64,000 bases of DNA, taken from an uncultured archaeon. GTDB taxonomy: Archaea; Iainarchaeota; Iainarchaeia; Iainarchaeales; VGJJ01. The stretch lies in the NCBI GenBank assembly GCA_964480125.1, contig CAYZNV010000002.1, positions 4,984 to 68,983 on the forward strand, given 5' to 3'. The translations under genes were made by a program, and so were the position numbers. The notes beneath the pieces were generated by a model. That model ran no database searches. It had not been told where the DNA came from and saw only the letters and a list, made by a program, of their open reading frames with translations. Below, one piece after another: positions 17,815-26,753 of the stretch (position 1 is its first letter; the number at the start of each line of letters is the position of its first letter).

Positions 17815-19650
17815 TTGCTGCATATGATTTCTCGCGTCGTAATAGTGGCCCTCTTGGCCGCAGTAGGGAGTGCAGGCTGCTTGGACTTCATTTATACGGA
17901 TTCAAATGGGGGAGGGAATCAAGTCAATTGTGCTATTTTGTCCGATGCCCGTGCGCAGTCGCAGTGCTACCTCGACAAGGCCATTGCCGCCAACGACCCA
18001 GGGATTTGCTCAAGCGTTAGCGTGCAAGAGTTCACCGACACCTGTTATGAGCGGTTAGGGCAAAATACCAAGCGACTCGATGTCTGCGTCAAGGTCATTG
18101 CTATCGCAAAAGAGAATGCGTGCGTGGACGCATTAGGCGCCTCAAATCTCACTGAGATCGCATGCGAGTCCATTGCATCCCCTGATGAGCAAGTGGATTG
18201 TTATCGCCAACTCGCCCGTTCACAAAAGCAAACCGCCTATTGTGATCGCACGGGCATGCAGAAAGACACATGCCTCGCGGAAGTTGCAATCGCCGCGAAA
18301 TATCCAGATATCTGCGATCGCATTTCAGATGAAGGGGTGCGCGACACATGTATTGTTGACGCGGCCGTTGCTGCGCGCGACGGGAGTAGTTGCACTCGGA
18401 TTGTAGACCCTGCCAAGCGCGACCAATGCCATTCTCAAATCGCAGTTCTGCAACGAAACTCCAGCCTCTGCGTGAAAGTGGATGCCATTGCGGAACGAAC
18501 GGCATGCTACGCACAGGTAACAGAAGCGATTGGCAATGATTCCTCATGCGTGAATAGTTCGGATTTGTCCGCGCAAGATGCCTGTTATCTCAGCCAGGCC
18601 AAATCGGAGAAGAAAGTGGATCTCTGCACCAAAATTGCTAGCCAGCAGCGTCGAGATGATTGCTATTCCTACTTGGCGGGAAATTTTTCGGACCCCAGCC
18701 TGTGCGATTCCATCCTCATTGAGAGCAATCGCATTCCATGCATTGAGGGGGCTGCAGCCTCGACAGCGGCAGTAGAATCATGCAATGCCTTATCCGGAGT
18801 GTTGCGCGATAGCTGCATTACTAGCAACGCACTCACGCGCAAAGACCCTTCGCTTTGTTCTCCGCTGCGCGTGATTACTTCAGAAAAGAATTACCGTGAT
18901 GCCTGCTATCACGATGTTTCCATCGTGGCGCTGGCGCCAGAGAGTTGTGTGAATATTGCAGGAGAAACACTGCGCGACGACTGTTATTTCAACACGGCCT
19001 CGGACATGAACGCCAGCCCCTGGTGCGAGCGCATTGCAGGAGCGGAAACAAAGGATGATTGCTTCCGCGTGATTGGATCCACTATTGGAGATGTCAGCGT
19101 GTGCGAGCAAATCGTGGAAGAAGAAACCAAGTATGCGTGCATCGCAGCAATTGCACAGAAGGCAAAACAGCCCAGGTTGTGCGCTAGCATCAAAGACGCC
19201 GGAGTTCGCAATGATTGTTATTTCGATGTGGCAGTAGAAGTGGACCAAAAAGGGATTTGTGAAAAAATAAACCTGAGTTCCACCAAGTATGCATGCTATA
19301 AGGAAGTTGCGATTGCGCTGAACGACTGGGTGTACTGCAATAATATTCCCGTTGGGCAGTTGCTCTTGCACAACACTTGCCTTGAACCCATTGCCCATGC
19401 CACACGCAACATGGAAGCTTGCAACGCGATGTTTGGTAGTGCCGCAAAGGGACAATGTTATGGAGTGGTAGCAGCGCGCACGAATAATATTTCTTTTTGC
19501 CAGAACATTCCACTGGCACTAGTGGAAGATGCCAATCAGGCGCACGAGACGCGCGACTATTGTTATTCCGCGCTCGCGGGAGAAACAAATGACGGGAGCT
19601 TCTGCGCATCCATTTATTCGTATCCCATCAAATCCAATTGTGGACCGTGA
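17815..19650 (+). CDS. Cys-rich tandem-repeat lipoprotein (about 22 repeats of C-x13-C-x11)
   Basis: Signal peptide with lipobox 'GSAGC'. The repeats fit the pattern RDxCYxxxAxxxxDxxxCxx(I/V) across the whole 611 aa. Confidence 0.5.
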   Translation: MLHMISRVVIVALLAAVGSAGCLDFIYTDSNGGGNQVNCAILSDARAQSQCYLDKAIAANDPGICSSVSVQEFTDTCYERLGQNTKRLDVCVKVIAIAKENACVDALGASNLTEIACESIASPDEQVDCYRQLARSQKQTAYCDRTGMQKDTCLAEVAIAAKYPDICDRISDEGVRDTCIVDAAVAARDGSSCTRIVDPAKRDQCHSQIAVLQRNSSLCVKVDAIAERTACYAQVTEAIGNDSSCVNSSDLSAQDACYLSQAKSEKKVDLCTKIASQQRRDDCYSYLAGNFSDPSLCDSILIESNRIPCIEGAAASTAAVESCNALSGVLRDSCITSNALTRKDPSLCSPLRVITSEKNYRDACYHDVSIVALAPESCVNIAGETLRDDCYFNTASDMNASPWCERIAGAETKDDCFRVIGSTIGDVSVCEQIVEEETKYACIAAIAQKAKQPRLCASIKDAGVRNDCYFDVAVEVDQKGICEKINLSSTKYACYKEVAIALNDWVYCNNIPVGQLLLHNTCLEPIAHATRNMEACNAMFGSAAKGQCYGVVAARTNNISFCQNIPLALVEDANQAHETRDYCYSALAGETNDGSFCASIYSYPIKSNCGP

Positions 19651-19660
19651 GGATGATAGC

Positions 19661-19966
19661 ATGATGACTACGCGCAGAAAGAAACCCCTGACGGCATGGA
19701 ATGCATTGAATTCAATTTCTTTTTCAGAAGTCATTCATTTCCAAGTGCGCAAGATCAAGCAAGATTGGAGGATTCCCCTGCTATGGATAGTGGAGCTCAT
19801 CTTGGCCATTGTTTTGGCAGGGAGCATTGCGATCTATTTGGATCCTGAAATCAACGTGGTCCCTTTCCCCTGGAATGCGGTGGCATTCGCAATAATAGCA
19901 GGGATTTCGGTCTACTTGTATGGATTTACTCGCCCATTCCGGATAGCCCGGAGAATCCAAAAATAG
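19661..19966 (+). CDS. small membrane protein
   Basis: The ORF track starts at 19529 inside the previous gene; 'MMTTRRKK' at 19661 is preferred. Two TM helices. Confidence 0.3.
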   Translation: MMTTRRKKPLTAWNALNSISFSEVIHFQVRKIKQDWRIPLLWIVELILAIVLAGSIAIYLDPEINVVPFPWNAVAFAIIAGISVYLYGFTRPFRIARRIQK

Positions 19967-20060
19967 GCATTAATGGCCATTAAACCCTCAAAAACGAGAA
20001 AAGAACACAAAAATGAGATTCGCGGCCATTGACCGCGAATAAAAAATATCAGCAGTAGAA

Positions 20061-20177
20061 CTAGCGGCGGCGCGTAGCTTTTCTGCGCGTCGTGCGGGTC
20101 GTCTTGCGAGCCGTAGAGCGGCGAGCGGTTCGGCGCTTTGTTGTTCTTTTTGCTGCTGCTTTTCTTCTTGCTGCCAT
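20061..20177 (-). CDS. 38-aa Arg/Lys-rich basic micro-protein (MAARRKAAAKRTTKRRTARRSTARKTTRTTRRKATRRR)
   Basis: GGAGG lies 9 nt upstream of the ATG and a TATA 'atttaaatag' about 55 nt upstream. The stop is followed by a hairpin tcgcggtcaatggccgcga plus a T-tract. It sits in a GC-rich island in the 298-bp gap. Confidence 0.35.
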   Translation of the reverse strand: MAARRKAAAKRTTKRRTARRSTARKTTRTTRRKATRRR

Positions 20178-20261
20178 AATTTTTTTCCTCCATTGGAAAA
20201 GTTTTTTCTAAGAGCGAGAAATGAACTGTGCTATTTAAATGTTTGCTACATGCGTTATAGC

Positions 20262-20726
20262 ATGAAAATGACGCAATCAACGAAAAAATTACACAAAAAA
20301 GTGCACAAACATGCGCGTGTGATGGCGTTTGGAACGTTTGATATTTTGCATCCAGGACATTTGCATTACTTGAATGGTGCAAAAAAGTTTGGAGATGAAT
20401 TGATTGTTGTCATTGCGCGCGATTCGACCGTAAAAAAGTTGAAAGGAAAACTTCCCACCAACAATGAAAAGACGCGCAAGCAAATTATTTCTGCGATGCG
20501 CTGTGTCGACAATGCAGTGATAGGAAATGAAGGCGTCATCTATGATATTGTTGCAGAAGTCAAGCCGGATATTATTGCGCTGGGATACGATCAGCATGTC
20601 GACACGGAAAAATTGGAACGCGAGTTAAAGAAAAGAGAATTAAAATGCAAAGTTATCCGCTTGAAACCATTCCATGCAAAAAAATTCAAATCCACTATTA
20701 TCAAGGAAAAGATTCGCAAGCGATAA
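20262..20726 (+). CDS. ribL: archaeal FAD synthase RibL (CTP-dependent FMN adenylyltransferase, cytidylyltransferase fold)
   Basis: 'VMAFGTFDILHPGHLHYL' is the (H/T)xGH nucleotidyltransferase motif. 154 aa. The TATA 'ctatttaaat' at 20231-20240 fits a leaderless start at 20262; the ORF track begins at 20193. Confidence 0.7.
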   Translation: MKMTQSTKKLHKKVHKHARVMAFGTFDILHPGHLHYLNGAKKFGDELIVVIARDSTVKKLKGKLPTNNEKTRKQIISAMRCVDNAVIGNEGVIYDIVAEVKPDIIALGYDQHVDTEKLERELKKRELKCKVIRLKPFHAKKFKSTIIKEKIRKR

Positions 20727-20743
20727 AGAAAAAATTCATCAAA

Positions 20744-20795
20744 TCAGGTATTGCTCGCAATACCTGTTCTCGAACCCTTGAGAAGGGTTCAACCA
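20744..20795. repeat. double-hairpin repeat element, copy B1
   Basis: tcaggtattgctcgcaatacctgttctcga + aacccttgagaagggtt. Same architecture as copies A and C. Confidence 0.5.
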
Positions 20796-20801
20796 AGGAA
20801 G

Positions 20802-20875
20802 TCAGGTGCTGCGCTCAGCACCTGTCCTCGGCGCCACCGGTCGAAACACGGTGAGTGACCGCCGCTCGAAAGCGG
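20802..20875. repeat. double-hairpin repeat element, copy B2, plus an extra tcgaaa-loop hairpin abutting the kae1 stop
   Basis: tcaggtgctgcgctcagcacctgtcctcggcgccaccggtcgaaacacggtga, then gccgctcgaaagcggc ending 1 nt before the kae1 stop codon. Confidence 0.5.
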
Positions 20876-21850
20876 CTACCAGAACACATCCACTTGGTCC
20901 GTGCGATAGCGTTGATCCACGTTCGTTTCTGAGAATGATTGTTTTCTTCCCGCGCGGTGCTCAATCATTCCCTGCCACGCAATCATTGCCCCATTATCCA
21001 TGGCATATTCGCGGGGAACGATGAATAAATCCGCTCCTCTTTCGATGCATAGTTTTTCTAGCATAGCTGCGAGAGCTTTGCTCGCCGCCACGCCCCCTGT
21101 AACAAGGATTTCTTTCTTTTCCGTATGTGCCAACGCGCGCTCGGCGACTTCACACACCATGGCAAAAGAGGTGTGCATGAGCGAGTAACACAAATCGATC
21201 TCATCCACTTTCCCTATTTTCTTCTCTGCTTCGGTGAGGAGTCCTGCAAAGACCAGGTCCATTCCCTTGACCGAATATGGAAGTGGAATGAGTTGCTTTC
21301 CTTGGAAATAGCGTTGGTCGATGATAGGCCCTGCGGGAAATCCCAATCCGAGTTTCCTTCCAAACGTATCAAGGACATTCCCCACTCCCATGTCCAGCGT
21401 CTCTCCGAATACGCGGTATTTTCCATTTTCTAATCCAATGATTTGCGTGTTCGCGCCAGAAGTGTAGACGACAACAGGGTCTCGCGCGCGTGTCTTTTTC
21501 TTTCCAATCTCCACGTGTGCCACGCAGTGGTTGACTCCTAGCAAGGGCTTGCGATACTTTGAAGCGAGATAGCGTGCCGTAATGGCTCCCACGCGCAGGC
21601 AAGGACCCAACCCCGGCCCCTGGGCAAAGCTAATGGTGTCAATATCTCGCATAGAAATTTTTGCTTGTGCGAGTGCTTGCTGTAATACTTTTTTCCCGTT
21701 TGCGAGATGGAAGTCAGCTGCCAATCGGGGGTGGATTCCCGCATCCGTATTGGTGTAGGCCATTTTGGCGTTAGCGAGGACGTTGCATTTTTCATCCACA
21801 ATGCCAATTCCGAACGTGTGCGCGGTCGATTCGATTCCAAGTGCGTACAT
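20876..21850 (-). CDS. kae1: Kae1 tRNA N6-threonylcarbamoyladenosine synthase (KEOPS catalytic subunit)
   Basis: 'MYALGIESTAHTFGIGIV' and the HxxH/ASKH-fold motifs are present. 324 aa. Confidence 0.9.
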   Translation of the reverse strand: MYALGIESTAHTFGIGIVDEKCNVLANAKMAYTNTDAGIHPRLAADFHLANGKKVLQQALAQAKISMRDIDTISFAQGPGLGPCLRVGAITARYLASKYRKPLLGVNHCVAHVEIGKKKTRARDPVVVYTSGANTQIIGLENGKYRVFGETLDMGVGNVLDTFGRKLGLGFPAGPIIDQRYFQGKQLIPLPYSVKGMDLVFAGLLTEAEKKIGKVDEIDLCYSLMHTSFAMVCEVAERALAHTEKKEILVTGGVAASKALAAMLEKLCIERGADLFIVPREYAMDNGAMIAWQGMIEHRAGRKQSFSETNVDQRYRTDQVDVFW

Positions 21851-21870
21851 ATTTTTTTCCTCGCGTGAGA

Positions 21871-22416
21871 CTAGGCGATTTGGATGAGGATGAATACGAC
21901 TGCGAGATTATATAGGGCGTGGGCGACAAACCCTGGAAAGATGCTAGCTGCGCGTTCGCGTGCACGAAAGAGAATATATCCTGCAGCGAATGCTCCGATG
22001 ATTTGGATGATGGAAAAATATCCCCCGTGCGCGAATGCGAACAAAAAAATCGAAGGCCATTTCCCAATTTCGTTGAACAACACTCCTCGAAAGAACATTT
22101 CTTCGGCGAGCGCGCTCACCACGAGGAAAACGATTGCTGTAAGCGGAATGCTGGACAGAAGTGTCGCCGTGGCCACGACAGCCGTTGTGTCATTCACTTG
22201 AAAAAAGAATGCAAGCCAGTCAAGTAGGATCCCGGCAAGCAAAAGCAATGCGAGTGTTTGTGCGATTAGAAGCAGTTGCCCCCCGGAGAGTGTGGGAATT
22301 TTCCCGAAGAATTTTTTTTCTTTCTTTTGGGAGTGAGCCCAGATGAGACTAATAGAGAAAAAAAGTAATGGGAATAACCATGCTGCGGCGCTTAAGCCGT
22401 AGATTTGGTTTTCCAT
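21871..22416 (-). CDS. CPBP-family (CAAX/Abi) intramembrane metalloprotease
   Basis: '[10 protein letters not shown]' is the EExxxR motif, followed by 'FAHGG' (FxxxH). 181 aa, polytopic. Confidence 0.6.
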   Translation of the reverse strand: MENQIYGLSAAAWLFPLLFFSISLIWAHSQKKEKKFFGKIPTLSGGQLLLIAQTLALLLLAGILLDWLAFFFQVNDTTAVVATATLLSSIPLTAIVFLVVSALAEEMFFRGVLFNEIGKWPSIFLFAFAHGGYFSIIQIIGAFAAGYILFRARERAASIFPGFVAHALYNLAVVFILIQIA

Positions 22417-22595
22417 TCGGTGTAGCCGCAGTTTCCGCAGGCTTCGCGGGTCGCGTGCTTAGCTAGATAGACCCCTGGACCGCATTTGGGGCAGGATTTG
22501 TTCTTGCGCACCGTTGCACCTTTGGTGTCGAACAAGGTGGATTTAGAGAATTTCTTTTCCGCTTTTGCGGCGGGTTTTCCTTTTGCGTCGGCCAT
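22392..22595 (-). CDS. rps27ae: ribosomal protein S27ae (eS31)
   Basis: 67 aa with a zinc ribbon 'CPKCG...CGNCG'. Confidence 0.8.
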   Translation of the reverse strand: MADAKGKPAAKAEKKFSKSTLFDTKGATVRKNKSCPKCGPGVYLAKHATREACGNCGYTEWKTKSTA

Positions 22596-22614
22596 ATCAC
22601 ATCACCTGTTTCCC

Positions 22615-22923
22615 TTATTTCTTCTCAGTCTTGGCTTTCTTTTCGCCGGTCTGCTTGCGCACCATGTGTTCGGCTTCCAATTGCTTCAATGCTTCGGGGG
22701 AATCATAGAGTTTGGCGAAGCCCGTGACAACGGTGCTTCCGAATTCGTGTTCGATTTCATCGACGATCAAGAGTTCTTCTTTTGCGCCGAGCTGTGCCGC
22801 CAGTTTTGAGCGGATTTCTTTTCTCGTGGGAGTGGATTTGATGTTGAGGACCTCAAATTGGATCTCTTCGCGCTGTAACAGCGAGTTTTTGTGTCGTCCT
22901 TCGATTTCAATATTCATATCCAT
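22615..22923 (-). CDS. rps24e: ribosomal protein S24e
   Basis: 102 aa. 'NSLLQREEIQFEV' is the S24e N-terminus. Confidence 0.85.
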   Translation of the reverse strand: MDMNIEIEGRHKNSLLQREEIQFEVLNIKSTPTRKEIRSKLAAQLGAKEELLIVDEIEHEFGSTVVTGFAKLYDSPEALKQLEAEHMVRKQTGEKKAKTEKK

Positions 22924-22937
22924 TTTCCCCCTTTGTT

Positions 22938-23129
22938 TTAGCGGCTCAAGCGCACGGCATATTTTCCTGTACCGGTTACGCCCATTTTCTGGGCGATTGC
23001 GCTTTTCTCCGCGTTGACAAAGATAACGAAGCCGGACCAGAACGTGGTCATATCACTACTGTTACAAGCGGGACAGACCTTGACGTCTTCCGATATCTTG
23101 TGACAGACGCGACATGCTTTGTCCTTCAT
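22938..23129 (-). CDS. spt4: Spt4 / RNA polymerase subunit E''
   Basis: 63 aa with a zinc ribbon 'CRVCHKI...CPAC'. It lies immediately downstream of rpo7. Confidence 0.75.
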   Translation of the reverse strand: MKDKACRVCHKISEDVKVCPACNSSDMTTFWSGFVIFVNAEKSAIAQKMGVTGTGKYAVRLSR

Positions 23130-23722
23130 GCTTCGTCTCCTCCTTTAGGGGCTTTGGGTTTCGATGATTTCTGTGTCTTTACGACTGCTTTCATCTTGGC
23201 CCATTCTTTCTTTCCTAATCCTGGCTGTCTCATGGTGAGACCGATTTTGCTGTCTGCGACTGTATTCTTCATACTCACGCTAACGATGCGTGCGACGACT
23301 TGATCGCCGATCTTCAATGTCTTTTTGGTATCGCGGCCTACAAATCCAGGCAGCTGCGCGTCATAGGACACGAAGTCGTCTGCGATTTGAGAAACGTGAA
23401 TCAATCCTTCTACGGGGCCGGTCTTGATGAAGGCACCGAACTCAGTGGCTTCCGTGATAGCACCTTCAACGATTTCGTTGACAATAGGTTTGTATGTGAG
23501 TAAAGAGATTTCGGAGTCGAAGTAAGCGCTGGCATCTCCAGGAATGATTTTTCCTTCTCCGAGTTTGCGGGCATCCGTGACAGCGACAACGATGCCGACT
23601 TCTGCGTCCGTGAGTCCTTCCATGTCCTCGCGGCAAATATCCAAGATGGACTTGTCCAAGTTGCTGGAGAACTTGGTTGGCGGAACGCGGATGGTGTCTC
23701 GGATTTTAGTGATGAAGTACAT
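23126..23722 (-). CDS. rpoE: RNA polymerase subunit E' (Rpo7) with S1 domain
   Basis: 198 aa. The Rpo7 N-domain is followed by the S1 fold 'GDQVVARIVSVS'. Conserved archaeal synteny with spt4. Confidence 0.8.
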   Translation of the reverse strand: MYFITKIRDTIRVPPTKFSSNLDKSILDICREDMEGLTDAEVGIVVAVTDARKLGEGKIIPGDASAYFDSEISLLTYKPIVNEIVEGAITEATEFGAFIKTGPVEGLIHVSQIADDFVSYDAQLPGFVGRDTKKTLKIGDQVVARIVSVSMKNTVADSKIGLTMRQPGLGKKEWAKMKAVVKTQKSSKPKAPKGGDEA

Positions 23723-24170
23723 GGGATTTCACGCTCGAAAAGCCTTGATTCCAATCTACATACTTAGATTGGCGTATAATCAAAACCCCCTGTGGAGCGT
23801 TTTTAAGGCTTTGTTTGAGTTTGGCGTCAGAGGTAGCAATAATCGCCCCTTTACGGCAAAGCAGTTCCAGTGCCGCGTCCCCTCCTCTTGCTTTCCCGGG
23901 GAGCACCTTGACCCCATAGATTTCTAATGCCAATAATGCCACTTTGGCCGCAATGGAGTGTTTGCCTTTTTCGGTTGAGATTCCTTCCAGTTCTTTCTTG
24001 ACCTGAAAAGGGACCACTAACTGAGCATTCGGGACTTTTTCCCTGATTTGAGCAAAAATATCAATCTTGAGGCGCACCATGTCCATCAAGAAATTGGTGT
24101 CCAGTGCCACCATCATTGTTTTTGCAGCGGGCATAACCCAAATAAAGCCTTGGCGTTTAAATCCTTGCAA
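23706..24170 (-). CDS. PIN-domain protein of the conserved archaeal PIN-Rpo7-Spt4 cluster
   Basis: 'MVALDTNFLMDM' begins the PIN N-terminal acidic strand. 154 aa. The synteny supports the call. Confidence 0.6.
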   Translation of the reverse strand: MQGFKRQGFIWVMPAAKTMMVALDTNFLMDMVRLKIDIFAQIREKVPNAQLVVPFQVKKELEGISTEKGKHSIAAKVALLALEIYGVKVLPGKARGGDAALELLCRKGAIIATSDAKLKQSLKNAPQGVLIIRQSKYVDWNQGFSSVKSHVLHH

Positions 24171-24208
24171 GGTCGCTCAGGAAATGAGCGGATGAGGAGA
24201 GGAGAAGT

Positions 24209-24835
24209 ATGGTGGACATCATGGATTATTTTCAGATCATATTGAAACCCGACGCGACGATGCAGCGCCTGGTAAAAAAGCCAGACATGAAGGCAGCAGA
24301 TCAGGCCTATCTCTTATACGGCGGAATCATTGGATTGGTTTTCGGCCTGGTGGTTGCGTTGTTGGCATCGGTTGTTTCCGCTATCGCATCGGTCGCAGGA
24401 GAAGGAGTCGTTGCGCTCATCGCAGGACTCGGTTTCTTGGCCGTCATCATTTTCCCCATTTTGTTTGCAATCGTTGGATTAGTAGGGGCAAAAATCTCCT
24501 ATTGGATTTTTCACCAAGTGATGGCGCTATTGGGAGGAAAAGGAACATATGAGCAGTCATTTTGGATTGGATCCCAGTTGTTATGGCCCATATTGTTCGC
24601 ACAGATTATTGTTTGGATTCTGGGCGTCATCCCAATCATTGGAGCGCTAATTTCGATTGCGTGGTTTTTGTATTCAGTCTATCTCTTCGTAGTGTTGTTT
24701 TCCATCGTGCATAAATTTAGCAAATTGCGCGCATTAGTCGGATACATTGCTGGAATTATTGTGATTCTCATTATCGTGGTGATCATTTTCGCGATAATCG
24801 GAGGAGCAATATTCAGCGGAATTGGATACAACTAA
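24209..24835 (+). CDS. polytopic membrane protein (Yip1-like?)
   Basis: 208 aa with five TM helices. The family is tentative. Confidence 0.3.
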   Translation: MVDIMDYFQIILKPDATMQRLVKKPDMKAADQAYLLYGGIIGLVFGLVVALLASVVSAIASVAGEGVVALIAGLGFLAVIIFPILFAIVGLVGAKISYWIFHQVMALLGGKGTYEQSFWIGSQLLWPILFAQIIVWILGVIPIIGALISIAWFLYSVYLFVVLFSIVHKFSKLRALVGYIAGIIVILIIVVIIFAIIGGAIFSGIGYN

Positions 24836-24843
24836 ATAGTGGC

Positions 24844-24886
24844 ACGGCACCGCGTGGTGCCGTTATTTCTTTTTTTTATTTTTTCT
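24844..24886 (+). terminator. hairpin (8-bp stem ACGGCACC/GGTGCCGT) followed by a T-tract
   Basis: It directly follows the stop at 24835. 'tatttcttttttttattttttct' is an archaeal-type oligo-T terminator. Confidence 0.5.
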
Positions 24887-24890
24887 AAAA

Positions 24891-26318
24891 CTAGAGCGCA
24901 ATCCCATATCCCGCTAAGCGCCAAGCAGCGGTCTCGCGGCGGGAAATGGCAATCTTTTGTCCTTTCTCGATGGTCATTTTGCTTTTCAACGCCAAATCAA
25001 TTCGTCCTTTTTTGACGTTCAATACTTCTCCCACAATGGTGTTGGTTCCAATCGTAAGAACCATGAGCTCATGCACGTGAGGGAATGGGAGTTTGTTTCC
25101 CAGCAAGCGATCTAATTCGAAGAAGTCAATCGCCAATTTGTCAGTGGGCGCAGGCAATGTTCCGGGAGCACAGAGAATTTGTCCTTTGAATTTGTCCATC
25201 GACGTGATGCCAGGATCCAGTTTCGTTCCTGCGGCGATGAGTCCGCGTGGGAATGCTTTTTCGAGTTCTCCATCGGCGTTGCGCACGGATGCGATCTCTA
25301 TGTGAATGGGCTTTCCGTCGATTCCAGGAGTGAGTTCGACTTTTTGTCCTTTCACGAGCGTTCCTTGGGAAATACTTCCTCCCAATACGCCGCCGAGCAT
25401 TTTTTCTAGTTCCGTTCCGGGCTTATTCACATCGAAGCTGCGTGAGATATACATCTTGAATGGTTTTTCCACTTCGCCTTTTGGAGTGGGAATGTGCTCT
25501 TGGATGGTTTGGATGACGGCGTCCACATTCGCGTTGAAGTTAGCAGAAACGGGAATGATGGGAGCACTCGCATAACCATAATCGGCGAGGAATTTTTTGA
25601 TTTCGTTATATGATTTGAGCGCATTTTCTTTTGTGACTAAATCCACTTTGTTCTGCACCACAATGACATTCTTGATCCCGCCGATCTTCAATGCCATTAA
25701 GTGTTCCGCCGTTCGTGGCTGAGGGCATGTTTCGTTCGCAGCGATGACGAGCAATGCCCCATCCATTAATGCGGCGCCGGAAAGCATCGTGGTCATCAGC
25801 GTTTCGTGGCCAGGCGCATCAATGAAAGAGACTTTGCGTAAAATCTTTCCTTGCTTTCCTTCTTTTTCTTTGGAGGAACCAAATCGTGCAACGCCTTCGA
25901 GGCCGGGATATTCATAGAATAGGGCATCCGCGTAACCCAGGCGAATGGAAATTCCTCGCTTCAATTCTTCGGAGTGAGTATCAGTCCACTTTCCAGTAAG
26001 TGCTTTGGTGAGAGACGTCTTGCCATGATCCACATGCCCCGTCATGCCGATGTTGATTTCGGCTTGCAAAACATGCGACTTGGACGATTTTGAATCGTGT
26101 TTGGTTTCGTGTGCGGTTTCGGCAGGCACGGCCTTCTCATGTTTGGCAGCCGCTTCTGTTTTGGTTTCGGTTTTTGCTTTTTTAGCACGCGTCTTTGTTG
26201 GTTTTTCCACAACAGCAAGAGAAGTCGCTTCTGCTGTTTCAGGTGTAACGGCAACAACTTCTTCTTTTGTTTTTTTAGTGCGTGGAGCCATAATAGAAAA
26301 TCCCCTTAGTGGGGGCAA
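24891..26318 (-). CDS. eif2g: translation initiation factor aIF2 gamma with a Lys/Ala/Glu/Thr-rich N-terminal extension
   Basis: 'GHVDHGKTSLTKALTG', 'DAPGHE' and 'NKVD' are G-domain motifs and domains II/III follow. About 85 aa of low-complexity sequence precede the canonical 'EINIGMTGHV' start region. Confidence 0.85.
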   Translation of the reverse strand: MPPLRGFSIMAPRTKKTKEEVVAVTPETAEATSLAVVEKPTKTRAKKAKTETKTEAAAKHEKAVPAETAHETKHDSKSSKSHVLQAEINIGMTGHVDHGKTSLTKALTGKWTDTHSEELKRGISIRLGYADALFYEYPGLEGVARFGSSKEKEGKQGKILRKVSFIDAPGHETLMTTMLSGAALMDGALLVIAANETCPQPRTAEHLMALKIGGIKNVIVVQNKVDLVTKENALKSYNEIKKFLADYGYASAPIIPVSANFNANVDAVIQTIQEHIPTPKGEVEKPFKMYISRSFDVNKPGTELEKMLGGVLGGSISQGTLVKGQKVELTPGIDGKPIHIEIASVRNADGELEKAFPRGLIAAGTKLDPGITSMDKFKGQILCAPGTLPAPTDKLAIDFFELDRLLGNKLPFPHVHELMVLTIGTNTIVGEVLNVKKGRIDLALKSKMTIEKGQKIAISRRETAAWRLAGYGIAL

Positions 26319-26345
26319 TAACTACTCGAGGTAGGGAAAGGCACT

Positions 26346-26753
26346 TTAAGCCTTCGCCTTTTCCTCTTTCTTTTCTTCCTTGGGCTTGCCTAAAGTGGCT
26401 TCCAAGTCCATATTTCCGTAGTGCGTCAACTTGACATTCAATTGGTGGATGTCGTTTGCGATGACGTTTCCGCGCATGGGACGTTTCTTGCGTTCGCCTT
26501 TTTCTCCTTTCTTGAAGCCGATTCCGGGATATACGAGGAGTTTCTTTCTCGCGGTGCCGGGAAAACGAGCCATCATGGGGGTTCCAGTCTTGTCGCTTCC
26601 GCCAGTCAAGACTCCCTTATAGCCGTCCAATCCCAACTCGGAAAGGTCCACTTCATCTCCCAGTTTCTTGCCCTGAAAAGGCATGGTTTCGACCGCTTTT
26701 GCGTACGCGCGTCGTGTCTTGGGATCGGATATTACGATATTCATTGTCATCAT
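26346..26753 (-). CDS. rps6e: ribosomal protein S6e
   Basis: 'MNIVISDPKTRRAYAK' is the S6e N-terminus. 135 aa. Confidence 0.85.
   Translation of the reverse strand: MMTMNIVISDPKTRRAYAKAVETMPFQGKKLGDEVDLSELGLDGYKGVLTGGSDKTGTPMMARFPGTARKKLLVYPGIGFKKGEKGERKKRPMRGNVIANDIHQLNVKLTHYGNMDLEATLGKPKEEKKEEKAKA

Noticed and set aside
19655-19675. C-box-like AUGAUGA (possible C/D box sRNA)
   Set aside because: The motif is simply the tandem ATG ATG start of the small membrane protein gene. No D box (CUGA) or guide-like arrangement is nearby.
19912-20382. 156-aa minus-strand track ORF spanning the ribL promoter and GC island
   Set aside because: It crosses the divergent promoter and the ribL start and has no coherent domain. 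Only its internal 38-aa Arg-rich frame has SD, TATA and terminator signals, so that small ORF was reported instead.
20760-20876. The 'gtcgaaac' and 'tcgaaa' loop hairpins as possible tRNA T-arms or tRNA fragments
   Set aside because: The stems are 4-6 bp with 6-9-nt loops, and no D-arm, anticodon arm or acceptor complementarity is present. They were interpreted as parts of the repeat elements.
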